A stretch of 38,619 bases of DNA from Candidatus Fermentibacteraceae bacterium (GTDB lineage Bacteria > Fermentibacterota > Fermentibacteria > Fermentibacterales > JCC-6). Where the stretch lies: NCBI GenBank assembly GCA_041686025.1, contig JAWLEP010000015.1, forward strand, positions 1-38,619, read 5' to 3'. Under the pieces are notes generated by a model. It did not search any database. It worked only from the letters and a program-made list of their open reading frames with translations, and was not told where the DNA came from. This document shows, in pieces, positions 9,225 through 18,597 of the stretch; position 1 is the first letter of the stretch; each line of letters begins with the position of its first letter. Position numbers and translations under genes: made by a program.

Positions 9225-10709
9225 CTAGTGTCTGAAGTGGCGCCGGCCGGTGAGGAGCATGGCCATGCCGTGCTCGTCGGCCGCCTCTATTACGTCTTCG
9301 TCGCGGATGGACCCTCCCGGCTGCACTATGCTGGAGATCCCCGCCTCGGCAGCCCTGTCGGGGCCGTCGCGGAAGGGGAAGAAGCCGTCGCTGGCCAGGG
9401 CCGCCCCGTTCAGATCCAGGCCCTCCCGCAGGGCCCGGCGGATGGCCAGGTCCAGGCTCTCTATGCGGCTCATCTGCCCCGCACCCACCCCCAGGACGCG
9501 GTCGGCGGCGGCGATGACTATGGCGTTGCTCCTGGTGGGACGGCACACGCGCCAGGCCAGGTCCAGCGCCCGCATCTCCGCCGGGTCCGGCCCCCTGCGG
9601 GTGGCCACCCTGGCCCCCTCCAGGTCGCGGGCGGAGGTGTCGGGCTCCTGCAGCAGGGTCCCGCCCCACACCGACCTGCAGGCGGTTCCGGGCTCCCGGG
9701 GGTCGTCCGGCATCCTGATTATCCGCAGCTTCTTCCTGCGGGACAGCCTCTGCAGGGCATCATCGTCGTACCCGGTGGCCATGACGATCTCCAGAAAGAT
9801 ACCCTTGAGCCGGGCCACCAGTTCCATGTCCACCCGCCCGCGCACCGCCAGTATGCCTCCGTAGGGGGACACCGTATCGGCGGCGAAGGCGTTCTCGAAG
9901 GCCATTCGCGGGGTCTCCGCGATTGCGGCGCCGCAGGGGTTGCCGTGCTTCAGCAGCACCGCCGCCGGCGCTTCCCGGGGCATGTCGGCCAGCAGGTCCC
10001 AGGCGGCGTCTGCGTCCATGTAGTTGTTGTAGCTGAGGGTTTTGCCCCCCATGACCTCCGCCGCGCCCAGGCCGCGTCGGGGCCAGTGGAGATGGACCCG
10101 TGCGGACTGGTGGGGGTTCTCCCCGTAGCGCAGCTCGGGGACGCTTCCCTCCTCCAGGCGCAGGGCCACCTCCCGGTCGTAGAGGGAGGTGGCGTCGAAG
10201 ACCCGGGAGGCCAGCCGGCGGCGCATGCCGTCGCCGACGCCCCCCGACCGAAGCGCCTCCAGCACCGGCCCGTAGTCGTCCTTCGCCACCAGGGGGATCA
10301 CGTGCCGCCAGTTCTTGGCCGCCGCCCTGGCCATGGCCGGGCCACCTATGTCCACCAGCTCCACCAGCTCGCGGCTGTCGGCCTCCATCCCCGAGGTTCT
10401 GGAGAAGTCGTAGAAGTCCACGGCCACCAGGTCGAAGACCGCCCGGCCCTCCTCCCTTCTCTTCCTGCGGTCATCTCCGGCGGCCAGTATGGCGGCGTGC
10501 AGCTCGGGATGCAGCGTCTTCACCCTGCCGCCCAGCATGCTCACCATCCCGGTGATGTCCGAGGTGGGGACCACCTCCACGCCGGCCTCCGTCAGGTGCC
10601 TGCCCGTTCCCCCGGAGGCGTAGACGGTCCAGCCCATGTCCGCCAGGCCCCCAGCCAGCTCATCTGTGCCCTGCTTGTCAAACGCGCTTATCAGTGCGGT
10701 TCCAGCCAT
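9225..10709 (-). CDS. purH: Bifunctional AICAR transformylase / IMP cyclohydrolase
   Basis: GGRVKTLHP, DIGGPAMARAAAKN, LRYGENPHQ, SYNNYMDADAA, KHGNPCG, ASDGFFPF, QPGGSIRD, TGRRHFRH. Confidence 0.97.
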   Translation of the reverse strand: MAGTALISAFDKQGTDELAGGLADMGWTVYASGGTGRHLTEAGVEVVPTSDITGMVSMLGGRVKTLHPELHAAILAAGDDRRKRREEGRAVFDLVAVDFYDFSRTSGMEADSRELVELVDIGGPAMARAAAKNWRHVIPLVAKDDYGPVLEALRSGGVGDGMRRRLASRVFDATSLYDREVALRLEEGSVPELRYGENPHQSARVHLHWPRRGLGAAEVMGGKTLSYNNYMDADAAWDLLADMPREAPAAVLLKHGNPCGAAIAETPRMAFENAFAADTVSPYGGILAVRGRVDMELVARLKGIFLEIVMATGYDDDALQRLSRRKKLRIIRMPDDPREPGTACRSVWGGTLLQEPDTSARDLEGARVATRRGPDPAEMRALDLAWRVCRPTRSNAIVIAAADRVLGVGAGQMSRIESLDLAIRRALREGLDLNGAALASDGFFPFRDGPDRAAEAGISSIVQPGGSIRDEDVIEAADEHGMAMLLTGRRHFRH

Positions 10710-11463
10710 GCTCCCCTATCCATCCCCTGGCGTCGAAGGCCGGCGCCGGCCTCCTCTTGTGCTCGCTTTCGGCTATCATCTGCTCTATCCGGCGGGCCGC
10801 CTCCGGGTCCACGCTCTCTCCGGGACGCCATTCCGGGTCCAGGTACATGCGTATCTGGTCGTAGCTGACGCCCATCTCCCCCTGGTCGGTCTGTCCCGGC
10901 CACAGTCCCGCGCTGGGGGGCTTCTCCAGCAGCCAGTCCGGCAGGCCCACGGCCTCCGCCACCTTTCTCACCTCGTCCTTGTACAGGCCGGCCTGGGGCT
11001 GGAAGTCCGCGGCCCCGTCACCCCATTTCGTCCAGTAGCCCACGGAGATCTCCGAGAGGTTGCTGGTGCCCTGGACCAGCCTGCCGGGGGAGTGGGCGTA
11101 GAGCATGACCATGCGCAGCCGGGCCTTGATGTTGGCCACGTTCAGGCGGCTCCTGTCGCCGGGGTCGCCCGCCCGCAGGAAGGTGTCCAGGACACGGTCC
11201 AGGGGGACCACCTTCAGCTCCAGGCCCAGGTGCTCGGCCAGCCTCTCGGCGTCCCGGGAGTCGGCGGACTCGCTTCCGCAGGGCATGGAGATGGCCAGAA
11301 CCCGGTGCGGCCCCAGGGCCCTCGCCGACAGCGCCGCCCCCAGGCCCGAGTCCACACCGCCGCTGAGTCCCAGCACCACCCCGTCGGCCCCGGCGTCCTC
11401 CACGGTAGCGGCAATCCAGTCGGACATGGCATCCGCCAGCCTGAGATACAGTCCCTCATCCAT
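10678..11463 (-). CDS. nadE: NH3-dependent NAD+ synthetase
   Basis: GLSGGVDS, NIKARLRM, GYWTKWGDG, KPPSAGLWPGQTD, SEHKRR; no glutaminase domain. Confidence 0.95.
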   Translation of the reverse strand: MDEGLYLRLADAMSDWIAATVEDAGADGVVLGLSGGVDSGLGAALSARALGPHRVLAISMPCGSESADSRDAERLAEHLGLELKVVPLDRVLDTFLRAGDPGDRSRLNVANIKARLRMVMLYAHSPGRLVQGTSNLSEISVGYWTKWGDGAADFQPQAGLYKDEVRKVAEAVGLPDWLLEKPPSAGLWPGQTDQGEMGVSYDQIRMYLDPEWRPGESVDPEAARRIEQMIAESEHKRRPAPAFDARGWIGEHGWNRTDKRV

Positions 11464-11495
11464 GGTCAGAAGCTCCTTCCATCGCAGACCTCATC

Positions 11496-13508
11496 CTACT
11501 CGGGCAGAAGCGTCAGGCGGCGCTGCACCGGGTCGGCGGACTCCACCACCACGTTCACCGGGCTCCCCTCGTGCCGGAAGGCGGCCGGGGCCCGCTCCAG
11601 GAACCTCCCCGGGACCAGCCCCTCCGCCGGCAGGCCGGACAGGCGGACGAAGCAGCCGAAGTCGGCCACCCCGGTGACCACGCCCTCGGCCGCCATGCCG
11701 CTCCTGCGGGAGAGGAAGTCCAGGGCCACCAGCTCCATGCTGTCCCGCTCGGCCAGCTCCGCCCGGCGCTCGGCGTAGCTGCAGTCCGCCGCCAGCTGCC
11801 CGGGGGAGTCCACGTCGGGCAGCTGCCCGGCGTCCAGGGCCGAGAGGACCTGGTGAACCAGGAGGTCGGGATACCGCCTGATGGGGCTGGTGAAGTGCAT
11901 GTAGCTGTGGAGGGCCAGCCCGAAGTGCCCGTCGTTGGCGGGGGAGTACTCGGCCTTGCGCAGGGAGCGCAGCACCGCCTCGGACACCAGGTCCTCCAGG
12001 GGGCCTCCCCGGTAGTCGTCCATCAGCCGGCTGAGCTGGGCGGGGTGGAGGTCCATGGATTCGGGGGGCCTGACCCCCAGCTCCCGCAGCCTGCCCTCCA
12101 GCTTCTCCCTGGCGTCCTCGTCGGGGTCGGGGTGCACCCTGTAGAGGACGGGCAGAGAGGACCAGCCGCAGAAGTCGGCCACCGCCCGGTTGGCCTCCAC
12201 CATGAACACCTCGATCAGGCGGTGGGACTCGGTCTGGACCTGCCTTTGGAAACCCGCCGGCCTCCCGTCCGGACCCCAGGCCACCCGGAACTCCCTCCCC
12301 GCAATGTCCAGGGCCCCCCGCTGATCCATCCTTCTGCGCAGCACCCGGGACAGCTCCAGGGCCGGGGCGAAATGGCGGGCCAGGTCTCCGTCGTCCCCCT
12401 CCCCCCGTATCAGGCCGTCGGCCTCCTCGTAGGTGAGGCGGCGGGAGGAGCGTATCACCGTGGGCTCCACCTCCAGCCCCTTCCTTTCGCCGTCGGGGCC
12501 GAAGCGCATGGTAACGGTCCTGGCCAGCCGGTCCTCTCCGGGCCTGAGGCTGCAGGCGCCGTTGGAGAGGGCCTCGGGCAGCATGGGCAGCACCCGGTCG
12601 GGCAGGTAGACGCTGGTTCCCCTGGCCCTGGCCTCCAGGTCCAGGGCTCCTCCGGCGGGGACGTAGGCGGCCACGTCCGCGATGTGCACCCGCAGCACCC
12701 AGCCCCCCTCGCCGTCGGGCTCGGCGTCTATGGCGTCGTCGAAGTCCCGGGCGTCGGCGGGGTCTATGGTGATCACGAAGCGGTCGGTGAGATCGGTGCG
12801 CCCGCGGCTGGAGACCGCAGCCGATGCCGAGTCCTCCGCCTCCTCCATCACACGCGGAGGGAACTCCGTCCGCAGCTGGCCCTCCGCCACCACCGCGTCC
12901 ACCAGCACGCTGGGGCGGGAGGGATCGCCAAGGACCCTGGTGACGGTGGCGGTATGGCCCCGTTCGTTATGGACCAGGTCGGCATAGACGGCCTGGCCCG
13001 GTCTGGCGGAGAGCCCTTCCTGCAGAGATGCCCTCAGGGGGCCGGGAACGGTGGGGTCCAGGGGACGGACCCTCCAGCCCCTCCCCCGTTTCTCCAGTAT
13101 GCCGCTGATCCCGGACCTGACCCTCTCCAGCACCTCCGTGATGACGCCGCGGCCGTCGCCGCCGGGACGGCCGGTGAGCCTGCGTGCCCGCACCCGGTCG
13201 CCGTTGAGGGCTCCCGCGGTGTCGTGCCCCCGTACCTCCAGGCGGCCGGAGTCGGTGTACACCACGCCGCCGCCGCTGGTACGGGCCCGGAAGCGACCGT
13301 CGTGAACCCCCGCCGTGGAGGGCAGGGCGTAGCGTCCTCCCCCCATCTCCACCAGCTCGCCGTCCTCCACCAGCTGCTCCACAGCGCCGGCGGGGTCGGG
13401 ATGGTCACCCTCCAGCGCCGCGGAGATCTCCGCGAAGGACATGCGCCGGTCCGGCCTCTCCTCGAAGAGGCGGAGCACCGCCTGGCGGGTTCGGAAGCGG
13501 CGGCTCAA
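11496..13508 (-). CDS. rnr: Ribonuclease R (RNB domain + S1); start probably TTG at 13508
   Basis: TIDPADARDFDDA, HIADV, RGTSVYLP, HFGLA, HFTSPIRRYPDL; N-terminal HTH/CSD and C-terminal S1. TTG overlaps the upstream stop (TTGA). Confidence 0.92.
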   Translation of the reverse strand: MSRRFRTRQAVLRLFEERPDRRMSFAEISAALEGDHPDPAGAVEQLVEDGELVEMGGGRYALPSTAGVHDGRFRARTSGGGVVYTDSGRLEVRGHDTAGALNGDRVRARRLTGRPGGDGRGVITEVLERVRSGISGILEKRGRGWRVRPLDPTVPGPLRASLQEGLSARPGQAVYADLVHNERGHTATVTRVLGDPSRPSVLVDAVVAEGQLRTEFPPRVMEEAEDSASAAVSSRGRTDLTDRFVITIDPADARDFDDAIDAEPDGEGGWVLRVHIADVAAYVPAGGALDLEARARGTSVYLPDRVLPMLPEALSNGACSLRPGEDRLARTVTMRFGPDGERKGLEVEPTVIRSSRRLTYEEADGLIRGEGDDGDLARHFAPALELSRVLRRRMDQRGALDIAGREFRVAWGPDGRPAGFQRQVQTESHRLIEVFMVEANRAVADFCGWSSLPVLYRVHPDPDEDAREKLEGRLRELGVRPPESMDLHPAQLSRLMDDYRGGPLEDLVSEAVLRSLRKAEYSPANDGHFGLALHSYMHFTSPIRRYPDLLVHQVLSALDAGQLPDVDSPGQLAADCSYAERRAELAERDSMELVALDFLSRRSGMAAEGVVTGVADFGCFVRLSGLPAEGLVPGRFLERAPAAFRHEGSPVNVVVESADPVQRRLTLLPE

Positions 13509-14485
13509 CTTGCGCCCAGACGGGGAAGGAGAAGGGCCTCGCCCTCCCCCGGGCTGCAGGTCGGTATCCTCAGTGCCGCGTCCTGGGGAGGCAGCGAGAC
13601 CATGGCAGCGGCCAGCGTTGCTCCGATGGCGGCGCTGTCCGCGGCGGGAGTGGCGTCCCCCGTGCCCCGCTTCCAGGCGAGATGGATGGAGGGCAGGTCG
13701 GCGTCCACCGTCAGGCGGATGCTGCCGCAGCCCCCCAGGGAGAGAAGCGCCGCGGTCATCAGGGAGGAGCAGACCAGCCGCAGCGTCCTGGTGTCCAGGC
13801 AGTCTCCCTCGCACATGGGCCCGGCCGCCGGAAGGGTGGAGGGGGTTACCTCCAGGCTCACCGACCTTCCGCAGGCCAGCCTTCCCATGGTGCATACGGC
13901 CTGCAGGGCGTCCCAGCCGGCGGGGACGCCGGCGTCGGGCAGCGTCCGGGACAGGCCGCCCAGGTCGGACATGAAGTCACTGAGTGCGTGCATGGCCCGG
14001 GAGGCCTCCTCCAGCTTCTCGCTGCATCTCTGCCCCTGGCCGCTGAACAGCGTGGCCAGGTCCAGGTTGCCCATGGCCCCCACCATCAGGTTGTTGACGT
14101 TGTGCACGAGAAGCGGAAGCAGCTGTCCCTCCATGGCCCGGGTCAGAAGCCCCGACCATCCCCGGCAGGGGGCCCGAAGGGGCGCCTCGCCCTCCGCCAG
14201 GTCCAGAAGCTTCGAAAGCAGCCACTCCGATCCGATGGTGACTCCGGGAAGGTCCATGCCCCCGGGGGCGAAGGTGACGCGCAGAACGGCCGATCTGCGG
14301 GGATCGTCCGCCAGCTGCCGAAGCAGCTTCCGGCCCTCCTCCCCGCGGGAGGGCAAGCAGACGAAGAGGCCGTATCCCCTCTCCGGCGAGGGCAGCTCCC
14401 CGGGGGAGGATGCCCTGACCATGGCCTCGGGCACGGTGGCCGTACCGGTACCCAGCGCCGCCGCCCGCAATCTGGCCGTCTCCAT
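13505..14485 (-). CDS. Degenerate histidine-kinase-like protein (DHp-like His box, no clear ATP-binding boxes)
   Basis: LLVHNVNNLMVGAMGNLDLA matches the H-box of hybrid kinases (AHDFNNLL-type); no N or G boxes recognisable; abuts or overlaps both neighbours. Confidence 0.55.
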   Translation of the reverse strand: METARLRAAALGTGTATVPEAMVRASSPGELPSPERGYGLFVCLPSRGEEGRKLLRQLADDPRRSAVLRVTFAPGGMDLPGVTIGSEWLLSKLLDLAEGEAPLRAPCRGWSGLLTRAMEGQLLPLLVHNVNNLMVGAMGNLDLATLFSGQGQRCSEKLEEASRAMHALSDFMSDLGGLSRTLPDAGVPAGWDALQAVCTMGRLACGRSVSLEVTPSTLPAAGPMCEGDCLDTRTLRLVCSSLMTAALLSLGGCGSIRLTVDADLPSIHLAWKRGTGDATPAADSAAIGATLAAAMVSLPPQDAALRIPTCSPGEGEALLLPRLGAS

Positions 14486-15124
14486 TCAGTCCCTCCTCAC
14501 CAGGGGAACGAAGCGCACCGGCTCCACCGGCGTGCGCACGAAGCCCGTATCGGTGCGCCTGATCACCACCAGCTCCTGAAAGACCCTGCCCACCGGCAGG
14601 ACCAGCCTGCCGCCTTCGGCCAGCTGCCGGGGAAGCCCCCGGGGCACCTCCGCCGGGGCGGCGGCCACCACGATGCCCTGGTAGGGGGCCCCCGGGCTCC
14701 AGCCGCTGTAGCCGTCCGCCACCACCAGGTGGACGTTGCCGCGCAGGCCCAGCTTCTCCAGGGCGCGTCCGGCCCGCAGGGCCAGGCCCTCCAGGACCTC
14801 CACCGCCACCACCCTTGCGCCCATGGCGGACAGCAGTGCCGCCTGGTATCCCGACCCGGCCCCTATCTCCAGTACCCTGTCTCCCGCCGAAACATGAAGC
14901 AGATCGATCATCAGGGCAACGATGAAGGGCTGGGATATGGTCTGTCCCCCGCCGATGGGCAGGGGGTGGTCGCCGTAGGCTGAGGACAGGCTGGTTCCGG
15001 GGGGGACGAACTCCTCCCGCGGCACCTTCATGAAGGCGTCCAGAACAGCCTCGTCGGTTATGCCCCTGGCCCTGATCTGGCGGTCCACCATGGCCCTTCT
15101 CGCCGCCAGCGAACGTTCGCTCAA
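14486..15124 (-). CDS. pcm: Protein-L-isoaspartate O-methyltransferase (copy 1)
   Basis: VPREEFVP, PIGGGQTISQP, VLEIGAGSGYQAA, QLAEGGRLVLPVG, VRFVPLV. Confidence 0.95.
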   Translation of the reverse strand: MSERSLAARRAMVDRQIRARGITDEAVLDAFMKVPREEFVPPGTSLSSAYGDHPLPIGGGQTISQPFIVALMIDLLHVSAGDRVLEIGAGSGYQAALLSAMGARVVAVEVLEGLALRAGRALEKLGLRGNVHLVVADGYSGWSPGAPYQGIVVAAAPAEVPRGLPRQLAEGGRLVLPVGRVFQELVVIRRTDTGFVRTPVEPVRFVPLVRRD

Positions 15125-15516
15125 GACCGATCACCCCCCGGCAGGAAGCTGGCCCGGACAGTGCGCTCCCGGGGGCCGTCCAGCTCCACCAGGAACACCC
15201 TCTGCCACCTGCCCAGACGGAGGCCGTCCCGGCAGGGGATCAGCAGGTCCGGGCCGATCACAGTGGCCAGCACGTGAGCGTCGGAGTTCCCCTCGGCGTG
15301 GCGATGGGAAGCCTCCCGGGGCGATATCCGCTCCAGGGCGTCGGCGATGTCCAGGGCCACGTCCGGGTCGAAGCCCTCGTTCACGGTGAGGGCGGCGGTG
15401 GTGTGGGGGACCCAGAGCAGAACCGCCCCCTCCCCGGATGGGATGTGGGCCGAAACCTGCCGCGTTATGTCCACCAGCTCTCTGCGGGAGCCGCTGCGGA
15501 CCCTGAAGCTAGCCAT
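15121..15516 (-). CDS. YjbQ / UPF0047 family protein (secondary thiamine-phosphate synthase-like)
   Basis: PHTTAALTVNE, HAEGNSDAH, LGRWQRVFLVELDGPRER; ATG at 15516 with upstream GGAG. Confidence 0.9.
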   Translation of the reverse strand: MASFRVRSGSRRELVDITRQVSAHIPSGEGAVLLWVPHTTAALTVNEGFDPDVALDIADALERISPREASHRHAEGNSDAHVLATVIGPDLLIPCRDGLRLGRWQRVFLVELDGPRERTVRASFLPGGDRS

Positions 15517-16840
15517 CGCTCTCCTCTCCCTGTCGCTTCTCGCTCCGCCTGCGCCGCCACCGGCCCAGGGCATCGGCGATCCGCTTCTCCCTGCCCCTGC
15601 CGGTTGGCCGGTAGTACTCCCGCTCCTCCATGCCGTCGGGGAAGTTGCCGTGGGTCACCGTTCCGTCCTCTACGTCGTGGGCGTACTGGTAGCCGTCGCC
15701 GTAGCCCAGGTCCTTCATCAGGCCCGTGGGGGCGTTCCGCAGGTGAAGGGGCACCGGCCGGCTCCCGCCCTTTCCGGCGTCCGACACGGCCTGGTTCCAC
15801 GCCCGGTAGACGGCGTTGGAGCGCGGGGCCGTGGCCAGGTACACCGCGGCCTCCGCCAGGGCCAGATCACCCTCCGGCGATCCCATGAACCTGTAGGCGT
15901 CTGCGGCCCTCATGGCCACCGTCAGCGCCGAGGGATCGGCCAGGCCCACGTCCTCGGAGGCGAAGCGGATCATTCGGCGGGCGATGTAGAGCGGGTCCTC
16001 CCCCGAACGGATCATCCTGGCCAGCCAGTACAGGGCGGCGTCCGGGTCGGACGACCGCAGCGACTTGTGCAGGGCGCTTATCAGGTTGTAGTGCTCCTCG
16101 CCTGCGCTGTCGTAGGAGAGGGGCTGGGATTCCACGGCCTCGTGCACCAGGTCCGGGCCGATCTCCCCTCCTTCCGCCATGCCCGCCAGCAGCTCCAGGA
16201 GGTTCAGGGCCCGCCGGGCGTCGCCGTCGGCGATGGCGGCCATGGTCTTCAGCGCCTCCGGCGCGGCGCTGCAGTCGAACCTCTTCCCGAAGGTCTGCGA
16301 CCGCATTGCGCTCTCCAGCAGCCCCTCGAGGTCGTCCTCCCCTATCCTCCTCAGGACGTATACGCTGCAGCGGCTGAGAAGGGGAGCGTTTATCTCGAAG
16401 GAGGGGTTCTCTGTGGTGGCGCCGGCCAGCCTGATGGTTCCGTCCTCCACGTGGGGAAGGAAGGCGTCCTGCTGGGCGCGGTTGAAGCGGTGTATCTCGT
16501 CCACGAAGAGCATGGTGCGTACGCCCATTCGCCGGCGCTCCGCCGCGGCTGCCACTATCTTGCGCACCTGGGCGACGCCGCCGGTGACCGCGCTGAAGCG
16601 GACGAAGTGCTCGCCGCTGTGGCCCGCCACTATCAGGGCCAGGGTGGTCTTCCCGCTGCCCGGGGGGCCCCAGAGGATGAAGGAGCCCAGGTTGCCGGAG
16701 AGGACGGCCCTGCGGAAGGGAGCGCCCTCCGCCAGGAGATGCGGCTGGCCCACCATGGAGTCCAGCGAGTCCGGACGGAGGGCGTCCGCCAGGGGCGGCC
16801 TCACGTCCTCGCTCTCCAGCAGGCTCCTCTGTTCGGTCAT
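15509..16840 (-). CDS. rarA: Replication-associated recombination protein A (AAA+ ATPase, MgsA/RarA)
   Basis: PLADALRP, WGPPGSGKTT, FVDEIHRFNRAQQD, GATTENPSF, HYNLISALHKS, ASEDVGLADP, VPLHLRNAPT. Confidence 0.96.
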   Translation of the reverse strand: MTEQRSLLESEDVRPPLADALRPDSLDSMVGQPHLLAEGAPFRRAVLSGNLGSFILWGPPGSGKTTLALIVAGHSGEHFVRFSAVTGGVAQVRKIVAAAAERRRMGVRTMLFVDEIHRFNRAQQDAFLPHVEDGTIRLAGATTENPSFEINAPLLSRCSVYVLRRIGEDDLEGLLESAMRSQTFGKRFDCSAAPEALKTMAAIADGDARRALNLLELLAGMAEGGEIGPDLVHEAVESQPLSYDSAGEEHYNLISALHKSLRSSDPDAALYWLARMIRSGEDPLYIARRMIRFASEDVGLADPSALTVAMRAADAYRFMGSPEGDLALAEAAVYLATAPRSNAVYRAWNQAVSDAGKGGSRPVPLHLRNAPTGLMKDLGYGDGYQYAHDVEDGTVTHGNFPDGMEEREYYRPTGRGREKRIADALGRWRRRRSEKRQGEESDG

Positions 16841-16846
16841 ACCACC

Positions 16847-16852
16847 ATTATA
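16847..16852 (-). promoter_or_regulatory. Consensus -10 box TATAAT, 6 nt before the rarA ATG
   Basis: Minus strand reads TATAAT-GGTGGT-ATG. Confidence 0.55.
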
Positions 16853-16865
16853 GGAATGTGGCCGG

Positions 16866-16898
16866 AAATGAGAAGAGCCCGGCCTGCCGGCCGGGCTC
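16866..16898 (-). terminator. Intrinsic terminator after the lipoprotein gene
   Basis: Perfect 10-bp stem GAGCCCGGCC/GGCCGGGCTC (16875-16898) with a 4-nt loop, followed on the minus strand by TTCTCATTT. Confidence 0.7.
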
Positions 16899-16918
16899 CT
16901 CTTCGGTACGAGAAGGTG

Positions 16919-17953
16919 CTACATCCCGCCGCCGATGGGGGCGCTGGAACCGCCGGCGCCGCCCTGCTGCTGCATCTGGCCGCCCTGGGAGGCGGCCATC
17001 TGGATGAACATCGCCGCGTCCATGGTCTGGACCGGCTCGCCGGGGAGCATGTCCTCGACTCCGTCGGTGCCGAAGCCCCGGACCTCGATGTGGTGCTCCT
17101 CGCCGTCCTCGACGCTCATCATCCTGGCGTAGGCCAGGGGAAGTATGGGAAGCTCTGCGGAGAAGACGATCTCGGCCTCGCCGTCGGGGTGGCTGATGAA
17201 GAACCGGTTGCCCGGAAGCATCTCGCCGGCTATCTCGACCTCGGTCTCGCCGGCCTCGAAGCTCATCTCCTCCAGCTTGGCCATGACCTCTTCCATGTCC
17301 TCCGCCTGCTCCGGGCCCATCCCGGCCTGGAGCTGCTCCTGCATGGCGCTGTCCTCCATGAAGGGAGCCAGCGCCTCGGGGACGCCGCTGAGGTCCAGGG
17401 CCAGTATGTTGCCCCCGCCCTGGTCGATGCGGAGCATCTTCAGCGCGCCTACGAAGTCCAGCATCTTCTGCTGGTTCTCGGCGTCGGTGAACATGGCGGA
17501 CATGTCGCCCCCGGGCATGTTCTCGGTGATGTAGGCGGCCGGGTCATCGAAGAAGACGGCCGCCTCTCCGGTGTAGGAGCCCATGGCTTCGCTGAGGGCC
17601 ACGGGGTCCACCAGCAGCTGCGCCGCCCCCTCGGGGGTGGCGAACTGGATCCACAGACAGCGGGTGCCTTGGAAGTCCTCCTCGGAGAGGACCCCGATGG
17701 TGAGCTCTTCGGTCTCCTGGTCGACGCCGTAGGTGATCCACTGTCCCACCTCGAGCTCGGGGGAGGCGAAGATCTCGCCTGCGACATCCTCCATCTCGCC
17801 GCCTGCGGTCTCGCCGGTCTCTTCGCCCTCCTGGGCCTCGCCCTCCACGGCCTCTCCGGCCTCGCCGGGCTCTCCCTCGCCGCCCTGCTCCTGGCCGCAG
17901 CCGAACAGGACGATGGCAAGGGCCATCAGAAGTATAAGCGCTATTCTTCTCAT
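16919..17953 (-). CDS. Hypothetical acidic lipoprotein
   Basis: Signal MRRIALILLMALAIVLFGC (lipobox LFGC) at ATG 17953; high-GC3 codon pattern; own promoter and terminator. Confidence 0.8.
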   Translation of the reverse strand: MRRIALILLMALAIVLFGCGQEQGGEGEPGEAGEAVEGEAQEGEETGETAGGEMEDVAGEIFASPELEVGQWITYGVDQETEELTIGVLSEEDFQGTRCLWIQFATPEGAAQLLVDPVALSEAMGSYTGEAAVFFDDPAAYITENMPGGDMSAMFTDAENQQKMLDFVGALKMLRIDQGGGNILALDLSGVPEALAPFMEDSAMQEQLQAGMGPEQAEDMEEVMAKLEEMSFEAGETEVEIAGEMLPGNRFFISHPDGEAEIVFSAELPILPLAYARMMSVEDGEEHHIEVRGFGTDGVEDMLPGEPVQTMDAAMFIQMAASQGGQMQQQGGAGGSSAPIGGGM

Positions 17954-18011
17954 CTTCCTACCTTTCTCTGTGTTTCTGCCCCTCCTGTGGCGGCAGTAAT
18001 CCTTCCCGCCT

Positions 18012-18040
18012 ACAATATCCAAGGCATGTGCCCCGGTCAA
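18012..18040 (-). promoter_or_regulatory. Sigma70-type promoter of the lipoprotein gene
   Basis: Minus strand TTGACC-N17-TATTGT, with an AT-rich tract upstream. Confidence 0.65.
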
Positions 18041-18057
18041 ATATAGCTGTATTATAT

Positions 18058-18597
18058 CTATTCAACGTTTATAAGATATCGGTATTCCACTCCCGAATCG
18101 GTTATCCTGTCGCCCCCGCCCAGGAACTGCAGGTTGATTACGGCGGCGGCACCCGCCACCCGGCATCCGTCGCGCTCCACCAGACGCGAGGCCGCCAGCA
18201 TCGACCCGCCGGTGGCCACCAGGTCGTCCACCAGCAGCACCCGGCTGCCGGAGGGAAGCGATCCCCGATGGATCTCCACGGTGTTGCTGCCGTACTCCAG
18301 CTGGTAGTCCTCGGCTATGGTCTCCGCCGGCAGCTTGCCCGGCTTGCGGACCAGGACCAGGGGCAGGCCCTCGCGGGCGGCCAGCACGGCTCCGAAGATG
18401 AAGCCGCGGGACTCGATTGCGGCCACCGCGTCGTAGTCCAGGTGGTCCACAGACTCCTGCATGTGGGTAACCGTGTCCCCCAGGGCCCCCGGAGAGGTCA
18501 TCACCGTGGTTATGTCCTTGAAGATCACGCCCTTCTGGGGAAAATCGGGCACGTCCCTGATCAGCCGCTCTATCTCCTCGATCGTAAGCATACTCAC
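18058..18597 (-). CDS. apt: Adenine phosphoribosyltransferase
   Basis: PDFPQKGVIFKDIT, ESRGFIFG, RKPGKLP, YQLEYG, VDDLVATGGS. Confidence 0.96.
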   Translation of the reverse strand: MSMLTIEEIERLIRDVPDFPQKGVIFKDITTVMTSPGALGDTVTHMQESVDHLDYDAVAAIESRGFIFGAVLAAREGLPLVLVRKPGKLPAETIAEDYQLEYGSNTVEIHRGSLPSGSRVLLVDDLVATGGSMLAASRLVERDGCRVAGAAAVINLQFLGGGDRITDSGVEYRYLINVE

